64,000 nucleotides of DNA, from the NCBI GenBank assembly GCA_963701075.1, contig OY969559.1, forward strand, positions 960,001 to 1,024,000, given 5' to 3'. The stretch comes from an uncultured Nitrososphaerota archaeon. Its GTDB lineage: Archaea > Thermoproteota > Nitrososphaeria > Nitrososphaerales > Nitrosopumilaceae. The notes under the pieces are model-generated. The model saw only the letters and a list, made by a program, of their open reading frames with translations, was not told the DNA's origin and did not search any database. Position 1 is the first letter of the stretch; each line of letters starts with the position of its first letter. Shown here piece after piece: positions 21,394 through 30,402 of this stretch. Position numbers and translations under genes: made by a program.

Positions 21394-21490
21394 GCATTCA
21401 TAAATGGTTGTAGACGCTCGAATGGTGCTTAATGCCAAACATTGCACAATCTTGCAACACGAGAGAAATTTCTACCTCCTGATGCAGGAC

Positions 21491-21527
21491 TCCTTGTAAA
21501 GTTTACAAGTTGTAAACTTTACAAGGA
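21491..21527. repeat. Perfect inverted repeat, 18-bp arms, built from two TTGTAAAnTTTACAA palindromes
   Basis: TCCTTGTAAAGTTTACAA-G-TTGTAAACTTTACAAGGA. Confidence 0.95.
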
Positions 21528-21547
21528 ATAGGCATATTGCTTATAAT

Positions 21548-21587
21548 GTAGACATTGTAGACAATATTTGTCGACATTGTCTACAAT
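21548..21587. repeat. Four-box GTMKAC palindromic site, left copy
   Basis: GTAGAC att GTAGAC aatattt GTCGAC att GTCTAC aat; box spacing 9/13/9; runs into ATG at 21586; TTATAA at 21541. Confidence 0.95.
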
Positions 21588-22764
21588 GAACAATCCATTC
21601 AACCCAGGCTCGGGAGTGCCTCCTCCTTATCTTGCTGGAAGGCAAGAGCATTTGGCAAGGTTTGAACAAATGTTAAAGAGCATTAATGACGGCCATGTTG
21701 AGAATCTGATAGTATATGGTTTACGAGGGACTGGAAAAACGGTCCTCATGGAAGAATTTAGTAAGTTGTGCATAAGTCACAGGTTCATTCCTATCAAGAG
21801 AGCACAGTTTAGTAAGAAATACTGTGACCCAGATGAGTTTACCAAGGCATTAAAATATGACATAAAGACTGCAATAGGTACATTTTCCAGGGTCAAGCGA
21901 ATAAAAGACAAGTTTACTTCAATTCTCTCTTATGTTAGACCAAAACATGTGGGAATCCCAGATGTTTTCTATTATGAACCGTCTTACAGTTCAGCTTCCG
22001 GCGTACCATTTGAGGATCATCTGAAGGAATATCTTACCAAGAATTGGAAAATCTTTGAAAACAGTAATTACAAAGGGGTTATCTTTCTCTTTGATGAATT
22101 TCATTCAATCTATGACGTACCATACAAAAAGTGGTTTGTTCTTTCTGATTTTATGGGGGTACTAAATGAAGTACAAAAGACTGGCTGTAGATATTTTGCA
22201 GTTTTTTCTGGCCTGCCAAACCTTCATCTCAATATTAAAGAAGCAAGATCGTATTCTGAACGCATGTACAAATCATTGGAAGTTGGAAATCTAAGTGAAG
22301 AAGAGGCAACATCTGCAATTACAAATCCGTTAGTTAAAAGTGAGTACAAGTTTGAAAAATCTCTTGTTGAAAAGATTGTAGTCGAAACTGGTCAGTATCC
22401 ATATTTTATTCAATTCTATTGTAAAGAGTTAATCAATATGAGTGATAAGAAGAAAATTTCTCTAAGTGAATACGAGAGAATCAGTCCTATGATTACAAAA
22501 CAACTCGATGATGACTTTTTTGATCCCAGACTGGAGATATTGAGTGATGATGAACAAAAAGTGATTGTTTCCATGGCACGTGCAACTGATACTGACATAC
22601 CGTTTGATTTTATCAAGAAAAAGACAAGAATGGAACGAACTACATTATCAAAATATATGAAAAGGCTCGAGGAGAAGGGTCTGGTTTATAACTACAAACG
22701 TGGAATTTACCGTTTCTCTGTCCCATTGCTAAAGCAGTATCTTGTACGAAAGTCGACAATGTAG
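21586..22764 (+). CDS. AAA/STAND-like ATPase with C-terminal winged HTH
   Basis: NPFNPG..PPYLAGR, Walker A GLRGTGKT, Walker B FLFDEFH, TGQYPYFIQ, C-terminal RLEEKGLV...GIYRF. Confidence 0.9.
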   Translation: MNNPFNPGSGVPPPYLAGRQEHLARFEQMLKSINDGHVENLIVYGLRGTGKTVLMEEFSKLCISHRFIPIKRAQFSKKYCDPDEFTKALKYDIKTAIGTFSRVKRIKDKFTSILSYVRPKHVGIPDVFYYEPSYSSASGVPFEDHLKEYLTKNWKIFENSNYKGVIFLFDEFHSIYDVPYKKWFVLSDFMGVLNEVQKTGCRYFAVFSGLPNLHLNIKEARSYSERMYKSLEVGNLSEEEATSAITNPLVKSEYKFEKSLVEKIVVETGQYPYFIQFYCKELINMSDKKKISLSEYERISPMITKQLDDDFFDPRLEILSDDEQKVIVSMARATDTDIPFDFIKKKTRMERTTLSKYMKRLEEKGLVYNYKRGIYRFSVPLLKQYLVRKSTM

Positions 22765-22791
22765 ACATTATTTGTCTACATCGTCTACAAT
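22752..22791. repeat. Four-box GTMKAC palindromic site, right copy
   Basis: GTCGAC aat GTAGAC attattt GTCTAC atc GTCTAC aat; 35/40 identical to 21548-21587; contains the ATPase stop codon. Confidence 0.95.
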
Positions 22792-22847
22792 TTGGCGCTT
22801 GTTATAGGAATTGGTACGGATAGTGCGCCAAACTATTTGATAAAGTA

Positions 22848-22877
22848 AAATCTGGAATCTGGACTTTATAACAAATG
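22848..22877 (+). repeat. 30-bp direct repeat, copy 1 (contains TTTATAA)
   Basis: AAATCTGGAATCTGGACTTTATAACAAATG, 28/30 identical to 23199-23228. Confidence 0.9.
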
Positions 22878-22929
22878 AGTTCCTTAAATGGCACATGATA
22901 TCTTGTAGATCATATATGCATTTTGTATC

Positions 22930-22965
22930 GTATGCAAAATTGCATACGTATGCAAAAATGCATAC
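22930..22965. repeat. Tandem pair of 18-bp palindromes
   Basis: GTATGCAAAATTGCATAC GTATGCAAAAATGCATAC, with a degenerate third copy at 22914-22929. Confidence 0.92.
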
Positions 22966-22983
22966 GGGATACTTGATTCAGCT

Positions 22984-23018
22984 ATTACGCCATTTAGCGT
23001 AACGCCTTTTGGCGTAAT
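22984..23018. repeat. Overlapping pair of palindromes
   Basis: ATTACGCCATTTAGCGTAACGCCTTTTGGCGTAAT. Confidence 0.85.
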
Positions 23019-23198
23019 GGATTCAAACTTGATACTTTCATGTCCATCATCCCTAGGGTCGTTATAGAACCTGGATTCTATCCCGGAATAGAGGCGGCTG
23101 GCAAAAACATCCTGCATTATAGGACCAAATTCTGATCCTATAACGCAAGATGAAGTCAACACAAGCTCGCTAATGCAAGTTTACTTACTTTATAAGGT

Positions 23199-23228
23199 AA
23201 ATCTGGAATCAGAACTTTATAACAAATG
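23199..23228 (+). repeat. 30-bp direct repeat, copy 2
   Basis: AAATCTGGAATCAGAACTTTATAACAAATG. Confidence 0.9.
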
Positions 23229-23737
23229 GAATTACTGATCGTCTGATTCCACGGATCAGGGAAGCTGCATCTTAAGATCAAAGTTTCAAGCGACTTTACA
23301 TTCGTAATGGGGACGAAAATCTAGTCATATCGACTCCTTTACTTGATGATGAGGGCGTCATTATAGCTAAAAAAATTTTTAGCTGAGTTGTTATACCATA
23401 TCTCAAACCGGGAAGTATATGGCCTGTAACGAACTAGTCATAAGTTGATGGTCTGCCTTCTGGAATGCTCTTTGGTAATAATATTATCACCATTTTTTAA
23501 AAGACATGCAACGATCTCCTATCTTATTGATAAAAAGATCACCTGGTATGATAAATAGTGCACCTAACAAAAAATATGGTTTGCCATCTATAACATACGG
23601 ATCAAAAGAGGCTCTGGAGTCTCAAGATGCTACTGATGATAGTGTTTCAGGGTTGATTCCGTCAAGCGTATACAGAGCAAAAATGCGAGAATACAACCAT
23701 TGGAACCTGAAGCTTAGAGTCAGGCTCACTCTCATGC

Positions 23738-24274
23738 TTGGTGCTTGACACACTTTATGATGCAATCAAGATGACACTACAGGAACTGCATCAGGCCACA
23801 AATGGTGACGTGAGGATGACTATTCACAGGCTCAGAAAAAAGGAGATGGTGACACAAAACGACGACAAAACATACTCACTGACAGAGCTTGGAAGATGGT
23901 TTACTATCTCAACCAGACTGAAACTCTCCTTTCTTGAGCTCTGCCTGCTCGCATGCGCTTGCTGTGTTCAGGCTAGGTATGCAAGGGATTCGAAGATCGG
24001 TTTTTACATGCGGCCAGCGTTTGATCGCATCTTTGGCAGGTTTTATACCAAAAAATACATCTCTGTCGTATTTTCTACACTGAAGAAGAAGGGTTATGCA
24101 GTAAAATTTTCCTACAAGACCATACGCGTGTACCCAAAGACATGCGAGGGTCTCATGTCGATGTATGGGGAGGACTTTAAGGGACTGGAGAGGTGGCTTG
24201 ACAGTGTAGAGGAAAACCAGCTGTACATTGCATGTGAGGTAACTGAAGGCTTGTTGAAGAATCATGCTGACTAG
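23738..24274 (+). CDS. Putative winged-helix protein; N-terminus possibly frameshifted
   Basis: RLRKKEMV...YSLTELGR and second LKKKGY motif; overlapping upstream ORF ends at 23748. Confidence 0.5.
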   Translation: MVLDTLYDAIKMTLQELHQATNGDVRMTIHRLRKKEMVTQNDDKTYSLTELGRWFTISTRLKLSFLELCLLACACCVQARYARDSKIGFYMRPAFDRIFGRFYTKKYISVVFSTLKKKGYAVKFSYKTIRVYPKTCEGLMSMYGEDFKGLERWLDSVEENQLYIACEVTEGLLKNHAD

Positions 24275-24824
24275 ATCGGAGAGAAGGCTTGTTCAGAATC
24301 CCAACGGGCTTCCATAAAGCTAGGTGTGGGTTAACAGATGCAGGATAAACAAGAAGATAAGAAGATTCGTATCAGACCTCAAGGTTATCAGTGAAAAAAA
24401 AAAACGATGAGCTTCACTTGAATCGTCATGTACTTGATGAGCTTTTAGGGGCAAAAAAGGCATTACAGAATTCTGTAAGGTCTAGTCAAAAAACCATATC
24501 TGATTCTGAAAATACCAGAAGTTCAGTTTTAGACAGACTAGAGAACTGGTAGTTCGTAACTCCTTAAAAAGAAAACCAATTTTGTGCCTGAGTAATACCA
24601 ACTCAAAAACAAAACAACACGAATCCGACATGCACATGCAAACTGGTAACATCACCACCAACCATACAGTCTAGAATTTTTTCACATTTCCAAAACACAA
24701 AAGCTCCAAAATTACAAACCAATTTACACCAAAACATTTCAAAATACTGTAATGTCTGTATGGCTCTTTTTTGGGCAATTCGTAAAACAAAACTCTCTCC
24801 TTAAATCCAACACCATACTAGCAT

Positions 24825-25004
24825 GTGTTGAAAATCGTACTGCAAAAGCAAAGGTCAAGGAACTACAACGGTGCCAACTACTACAAGTACCGTGTTACCA
24901 TACCCATACAAATTGTAGGGCAACTCAAACTAGAAGGAGGAGAAGAGCTTGAGATCTCTGTTGTGGAAGATGCAATCGTAATCAGGGAAACCCTTAACAT
25001 ATAA
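24825..25004 (+). CDS. AbrB/MazE/SpoVT family DNA-binding protein (59 aa, not in ORF track)
   Basis: Manual translation MLKIVLQKQRSRNYNGANYYKYRVTIPIQIVGQLKLEGGEELEISVVEDAIVIRETLNI; VTIP..I...L....G.EL signature. Confidence 0.8.
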   Translation: MLKIVLQKQRSRNYNGANYYKYRVTIPIQIVGQLKLEGGEELEISVVEDAIVIRETLNI

Positions 25005-25219
25005 AAAATCACATCAAAAATCTATCTAGTCCTCAGGTTCCTTGTTCCCCATATCTTTTATAACTTCTTTCTTTTTTTCTTTAATAATTTTTTTAGACTG
25101 TCTAACGACATTTTCTTTTTACAAACTTTATGATCTTTGTTATTTTTCCAGTGTTACTATCATTCTTAGCTATCTTGTGACTATTCCAACTGAATGAAGT
25201 GTCTTTTCGACCTCGCTCA

Positions 25220-25612
25220 TTATCCTTTTCTTATTTCACTAAGATCTTTTTCCACTGTTGACAGACTACTTCCTATTTTTTGTGCAATTTCCTTTTGCTT
25301 GTAACCTTCCAAGAATAGTTTCCTCACCTGATTTCTCCTGCCACTCACTTTGTCCTGCACCACCAGTTCCTTTTTCTCAGTCAGCAACTTGACTATGCCG
25401 CTGTTGAACTGTATCTGGATCTCCTTTGTTTTTTTGATCATTGTAACTAGGCCTAGGAATATCTCTTGCATCTTTTTTGTGAGATCACTGAGTGGAGGAT
25501 CTGTCTTGTTTGATTCCTCATATTTTTTTAGAATCTCGTTGTAAAGTTCGATGTCTTCTAGATGATGTCTGTTGTTTTGCTCGATTAGTTCGATGGCTTT
25601 CTTGACCGTCAT
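25220..25612 (-). CDS. Protein with C-terminal LuxR/sigma70-r4-like HTH
   Basis: RRNQVRKLFLEGYKQKEIAQKIGSSLSTVEKDL. Confidence 0.7.
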   Translation of the reverse strand: MTVKKAIELIEQNNRHHLEDIELYNEILKKYEESNKTDPPLSDLTKKMQEIFLGLVTMIKKTKEIQIQFNSGIVKLLTEKKELVVQDKVSGRRNQVRKLFLEGYKQKEIAQKIGSSLSTVEKDLSEIRKG

Positions 25613-25970
25613 ACGCCATATTCAAAACAGTTCTACACAAATTGCTGGTAACTCTATAATCTTCCTTTTCTTGCATACTACATTACATCAATCCTCTCAA
25701 ACTTTTTTTATTGATAGAATTAAAGTCATGTCTTAATCATAGGCTTTTAACAGAATATCATTCTAGGATAATTTTTTTTATGCTACAATGATACTGTCAA
25801 AAGAGGAACTCCAGGCAATAGTTCCAAAGTTACGAAGAAACTAGAAATGTTTAGGAAGATGTTTGGAGCTGTTTTGAGCCTTTTATGACCCACAACCAAG
25901 GAAATCTGTTCAAACATTGATTGATTGTTATGGACAGCCTGGCATAAAAATCTGCATGTCCTCGTAAACA

Positions 25971-27533
25971 CTATTTTGATTTAAGACGTAACAGAATTAG
26001 ATTAGTTTCCATTCTGCCATATTTTGTAGGATATTTGTCCTTCAGTTCTGTGATTAAAAGAGTAGCAGCAACGTTTGCTCCACCTTCACCATAATAATTA
26101 TCAAGATTTTCAATAATTTGTTTATCAAACACCTTACTTAGATCCTGAAAAAAGATCTCTTTAGATACGTTCATTTTTTGCGCCTGCATGTTTCGTTGAA
26201 GTAGATTAACTAATCTAAACAGAACACTAATTCCTCTGTTATGACCAAAATATGTTCCTGCCTTAAATGAATAATCTGGCATGTATTGCTGCATGTAAGT
26301 AAAAATCTCCTTCAACTTTTTGTTAGTAGTAGAAACTGTTTCTTGTACCAGATTGTTGCTAATCATTGCAGAAACAAGCGTAGTTAGAGTAATTTTGTCA
26401 CCTTTTTGTTCATCTGCCATTCCAAAATAGATCCTATTTTTGAAAAATGAATGATTTAGCTCGTCTGCGACTCCGACTGATATTTTTTCTTTAAACTCTC
26501 TTGTTCCTTCCTTCCAATCTAAATCAGCCTTTAGCAGTAGTATTAGGTTACCGTCTATTCTTTGTTGTTTTGAATTAATATCAACAAATGTCTTGATCTC
26601 CTTTTTTCTATCATAATCTTGTAATGCAATAACTGGCATAGAGTACATCTTCTGAATTTCCGATGATACTACTGAAAAACCCAAAAGCCTGTGCTGTCCG
26701 TCAATTATTCTACAAGTATTGTAACTTAATGGAAATTGTATTTTTACAACTTTTGGGCAATCCTCTGGTGGGAGTATTTTATTCGTCATATCAGGCACAT
26801 TTATCAAAATAGAATTTGGAAAGGAAAGTCCTTCTCCTTTTTTGATATTATTAGATATGTTGATCATTCTGTGTTCTTTCAAGGTCCTCTGATAACCCAC
26901 GTCTTTGGTTCTTCGTCTTGAAACATAACATGTGTGTAGTAAATTAAAGACTCTTTCTACAAAACAAAATACTGGTATGTCACCAATATAATATTGAATT
27001 GCATCAATCTGTTTTGATGTTTTCTCATCTTCAAATTCCAACCAATCAAGCAAGTCATTTTTAGCCCAAAGTCCAATTTTCTTGTAACAGTTTAAAAAAT
27101 ATTCATAATCATCTAGATATGCAACTTTGTTTAGTTTACCACTTTGTGTCATACGCTGAACTTCATGAGATGGATTTTCTGGAGTTTTAGTAGATAGATC
27201 AAAATATACTCTAATTACTTTTCTTGGTCTTAATTGGTATAGTTTGTTGACAATTGCCAAATTGTCACGATCTTCCCATTTAATAAAAAACGCATTTTTC
27301 TTATTACTAGAGTGTTTATCCTTACTCACCTCTACAAGAAACAAATAATCTTTGAAGGTGAAAATTAGATCAATTTCACCTATCCTTTGAGTTGATGAAT
27401 TTGTAATTATGGAATTTGCATCTACAAAAGTAAATCCTAATTTGAAAAGTAGATCTGCTACTTCACGCTCATTTTTATTTTCAATTTTAGCGATCTTTTG
27501 CTCTGTTTCTAAAATTTGGTCTTTTTCCATCAT
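25971..27533 (-). CDS. DGQHR (DndB-like) domain protein with N-terminal PD-(D/E)xK-like domain
   Basis: GYQR, FPNSILIN, IIDGQHRL, FVDINSKQ; N-terminal GEIDLIF...FLVEVSK. Confidence 0.85.
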   Translation of the reverse strand: MMEKDQILETEQKIAKIENKNEREVADLLFKLGFTFVDANSIITNSSTQRIGEIDLIFTFKDYLFLVEVSKDKHSSNKKNAFFIKWEDRDNLAIVNKLYQLRPRKVIRVYFDLSTKTPENPSHEVQRMTQSGKLNKVAYLDDYEYFLNCYKKIGLWAKNDLLDWLEFEDEKTSKQIDAIQYYIGDIPVFCFVERVFNLLHTCYVSRRRTKDVGYQRTLKEHRMINISNNIKKGEGLSFPNSILINVPDMTNKILPPEDCPKVVKIQFPLSYNTCRIIDGQHRLLGFSVVSSEIQKMYSMPVIALQDYDRKKEIKTFVDINSKQQRIDGNLILLLKADLDWKEGTREFKEKISVGVADELNHSFFKNRIYFGMADEQKGDKITLTTLVSAMISNNLVQETVSTTNKKLKEIFTYMQQYMPDYSFKAGTYFGHNRGISVLFRLVNLLQRNMQAQKMNVSKEIFFQDLSKVFDKQIIENLDNYYGEGGANVAATLLITELKDKYPTKYGRMETNLILLRLKSK

Positions 27534-27615
27534 TTTTGTTATAATTAATCAGTTATTACAAATTGTGTTTTTTAAAACCGAATAATGTCTATAAAGACCA
27601 AATCCTTCTCGTTTT

Positions 27616-29106
27616 ATGTTGTCTGATAAAGTAACTTTCGAATTTCTCAAGAATCATCTCTGGAAAGCAGCTGATATTCTAAGAGGTTCTTTAGACGCAG
27701 GTGAATATCGTCAGCCAGTCATGACTCTGCTTTTTCTAAAAAGACTAAATGACACATTTGAAGAAAATGCAGAAAAATTGCTCAAAGCAGGAAAGAGTCA
27801 GAAAGAAGCATATGAAAATCCTGCAAGACATAATTTTTTTATTCCAAAACAAGCACGCTGGAAAATATTATCAGAAACAACTGAAAAGGTTGGCGAAACA
27901 ATAGATCATGTCTGCAAATTAATAGAAAGAGAAAATCCAGATCTAGATGGTGTGATGACAAATACAAAGTATAGCGATAGAAGAAAATATCCTGACGATA
28001 AATTACGACAATTAATTTCTCACTTTAATTATCCATCATTAAAAAATTCTGATTTAGAAAAAGAAGACATTTTTGGTGATGCATATGAATATCTTTTAGC
28101 AGAATTTGCTGATGAAACAAAGAAGAAAGGTGGTGAGTTCTTTACTCCAAGAGAAATTGTTCGTCTTTTAGTTAGTTTAGTAGAGCCAAAAGAAGGTATG
28201 AAGATCTGTGATCCTACTTGTGGTTCTGGTGGAATGTTGATTGAATCAAGAAAATATGTGGAGCGTTCTGGTGGCAATCCACGAAATTTGATTTTAGAAG
28301 GGCAGGAAAGCAACTATGGAAATTTAGCCATGTGCAAGATGAACATGGTACTGCATGATATTATTGATTTTAAGATAGAATATGGAGATGTGTTATCAAA
28401 TCCAAAACTAGTAGAAGGTGGAAGGCTCAAAACCTACGACCGAGTTCTTGCTAATTTTCCTTTTAGTATGAATTGGGATAGTAAAATCGCTGCAAAAGAC
28501 TCATACAATAGATTCCGATTTGGTGTGCCGCCTGCAAAAGATAAGGCTGATTTTGCCTTTATTCAACACATGTTTTCTTGCTTAAATGGAAAAGGACAGG
28601 CTGCCATAATTTGTTCTCAGGGAGTATTGTTTAGGGGTGGTGAAGAGGTAAAGATTCGTGAGGGAATGATAAAAGAAGATGTAATAGAAGGAATTGTTGC
28701 ACTACCTTCCAATCTGTTTTATGGTACCGGAATACCTGCGTGTGTTTTGATATTAGATAGAAATAAACCTGCAAACCGTAAAAATAAAATAATTTTCATT
28801 CATGGCGCAAAAGACTATCAAGAGGGCAAAACTCGTAATACATTACGAGATTCTGATATAAAGAAAATTGTATCTGCTTTTAAGAATTACAAAGACATTG
28901 ACGGATATTGCCACATTGCGAATCTTGAAGAACTGCAAGAAAATGAGTTTAATCTTAATGTGCCAAGATATGTTGACATTTCAGAACATGAAGAAGAGAT
29001 TGATATTCAAAAAACAATTGATGAATTAAAAAAACTAGAGAAGGAAAAACAAGAACTTGAAGTTAGAGTAATTTCTAATCTAAAAGAATTGGGTTTTAAG
29101 GTTTAG
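27616..29106 (+). CDS. hsdM: Type I R-M methyltransferase subunit
   Basis: LWKAADILRG, GEFFTP, DPTCGSGG, motif IV variant NFPF, FNLNVPRYV. Confidence 0.95.
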   Translation: MLSDKVTFEFLKNHLWKAADILRGSLDAGEYRQPVMTLLFLKRLNDTFEENAEKLLKAGKSQKEAYENPARHNFFIPKQARWKILSETTEKVGETIDHVCKLIERENPDLDGVMTNTKYSDRRKYPDDKLRQLISHFNYPSLKNSDLEKEDIFGDAYEYLLAEFADETKKKGGEFFTPREIVRLLVSLVEPKEGMKICDPTCGSGGMLIESRKYVERSGGNPRNLILEGQESNYGNLAMCKMNMVLHDIIDFKIEYGDVLSNPKLVEGGRLKTYDRVLANFPFSMNWDSKIAAKDSYNRFRFGVPPAKDKADFAFIQHMFSCLNGKGQAAIICSQGVLFRGGEEVKIREGMIKEDVIEGIVALPSNLFYGTGIPACVLILDRNKPANRKNKIIFIHGAKDYQEGKTRNTLRDSDIKKIVSAFKNYKDIDGYCHIANLEELQENEFNLNVPRYVDISEHEEEIDIQKTIDELKKLEKEKQELEVRVISNLKELGFKV

Positions 29107-29109
29107 AAA

Positions 29110-30402
29110 ATGCAAATTGAAAAACAAAGACAAGGTTACAAACTAATTCAGATTCAATCTAGAAGATATGAAGAGATTCCAAATGATTGGAATGTTGTTA
29201 CATTAAAAAACTTGATAACTGACATAAAATCTGGTTTTGCATCTGGTGCGCGTGATGAAAATGGAGTAATTCAACTAAGAATGAATAACATTACTGATTA
29301 TGGAACACTAGATTTTAGTAAAATTCTGAAAGTTCCAATACCTGAGGATATTGATCAGTATGATCTGAAAAAAGACGATGTGCTTTTCAATAATACTAAC
29401 AGTCTTGATCTAATAGGAAAAACCACGATTGTTGATAACCTCATAGATCATACCTTCTCAAATCACATAACAAGAATAAGGACAGACAAGACAAAACTTG
29501 TTCCTTATTTCTTGATGTTGCTATTCTTAAAATACAAAGAACAAGCAATATTCCGTTCCATATGTAATACTCATGTGGGTCAATCTGGCATAAGCAAGAA
29601 TGAATTACTTAGGCTCAAAATCATCTGCCCACCATTAATAGAACAACAAAAAATTGCTTCAATTCTTTCATATGTTGATTATCTAATCAATCAAACACAA
29701 AAAATCGTTGAACAAACTCAGAGACTCAAGAAAGGAATATTGGAAAAGTTATTAACAAAAGGAATTGGACACACAAGATTCAATAAAACAAAACTTGGTG
29801 AAATTCCAGAAGAATGGAAAATTGAAAAACTTGAAAACATTTGTAAAATAACAGATACTCCGCATTATACATCGCCTTTGTTTAAAGACGGAATACCAGT
29901 TATTACTACCGCCGATTGTGATGAAAGTGGTAGAATAGATTATACACATGTAAATTTTACAACTAGAGAAGAATATCAAAAAAGACGGGAAACAATAAAT
30001 CCAGAAAAAGATGATGTGTTGTTTACTAGAGAAGCTCCATTAGGTATTGCAGTTGTAGTTGATAGAGACGAAATTGCGGTTGGTCAGAGAATTATTTTAT
30101 TAAAATTAGATAAAAAATTGATCAACAATATGTTCCTTATAACATTTCTAAATTCAGCAAGAGGTATTTATCAATCTAATTCTTTTGCCATAAAAACCAC
30201 AGTTGAACGAGTTAACATATCGGACATAAAGAAATTTGTAATTCCACTTCCTTCAATTTTAGAACAACAAAAAATTTCCAATATTTTATCAAATGTTGAT
30301 TTACAAATTCAAAAAGAACAAGAATACAAATCCAATCTTGAAACTCTCAAAAAAGGATTAATGCAAAAACTTCTCACAGGACAAATCAGGGTAAAAGTTT
30401 GA
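29110..30402 (+). CDS. hsdS: Type I R-M specificity subunit
   Basis: Two TRDs, repeated EIP..W and P...EQQKI..IL conserved regions, LKKGLMQKLLTG. Confidence 0.95.
   Translation: MQIEKQRQGYKLIQIQSRRYEEIPNDWNVVTLKNLITDIKSGFASGARDENGVIQLRMNNITDYGTLDFSKILKVPIPEDIDQYDLKKDDVLFNNTNSLDLIGKTTIVDNLIDHTFSNHITRIRTDKTKLVPYFLMLLFLKYKEQAIFRSICNTHVGQSGISKNELLRLKIICPPLIEQQKIASILSYVDYLINQTQKIVEQTQRLKKGILEKLLTKGIGHTRFNKTKLGEIPEEWKIEKLENICKITDTPHYTSPLFKDGIPVITTADCDESGRIDYTHVNFTTREEYQKRRETINPEKDDVLFTREAPLGIAVVVDRDEIAVGQRIILLKLDKKLINNMFLITFLNSARGIYQSNSFAIKTTVERVNISDIKKFVIPLPSILEQQKISNILSNVDLQIQKEQEYKSNLETLKKGLMQKLLTGQIRVKV

Noticed and set aside
22884-23162. 92-aa minus-strand ORF
   Set aside because: Runs through the palindrome cluster, has an atypical start and no protein motif
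21356-23260. CRISPR array
   Set aside because: The repeats differ from each other, there is no constant repeat-spacer period, and no cas genes are present
22866-23396. Canonical integron attC sites (TAAC...GTTA words)
   Set aside because: I could not find pairing L boxes at the correct spacing, and I do not recognise the integrase as IntI; kept only as part of the direct-repeat finding
24752-24952. 66-aa ORF
   Set aside because: Overlapping frame 24825-25004 gives a clear AbrB-family protein
29110-30402. Phase-variable hsdS shufflon
   Set aside because: Single hsdS; no spare TRDs, inverted repeats or simple-sequence tract seen
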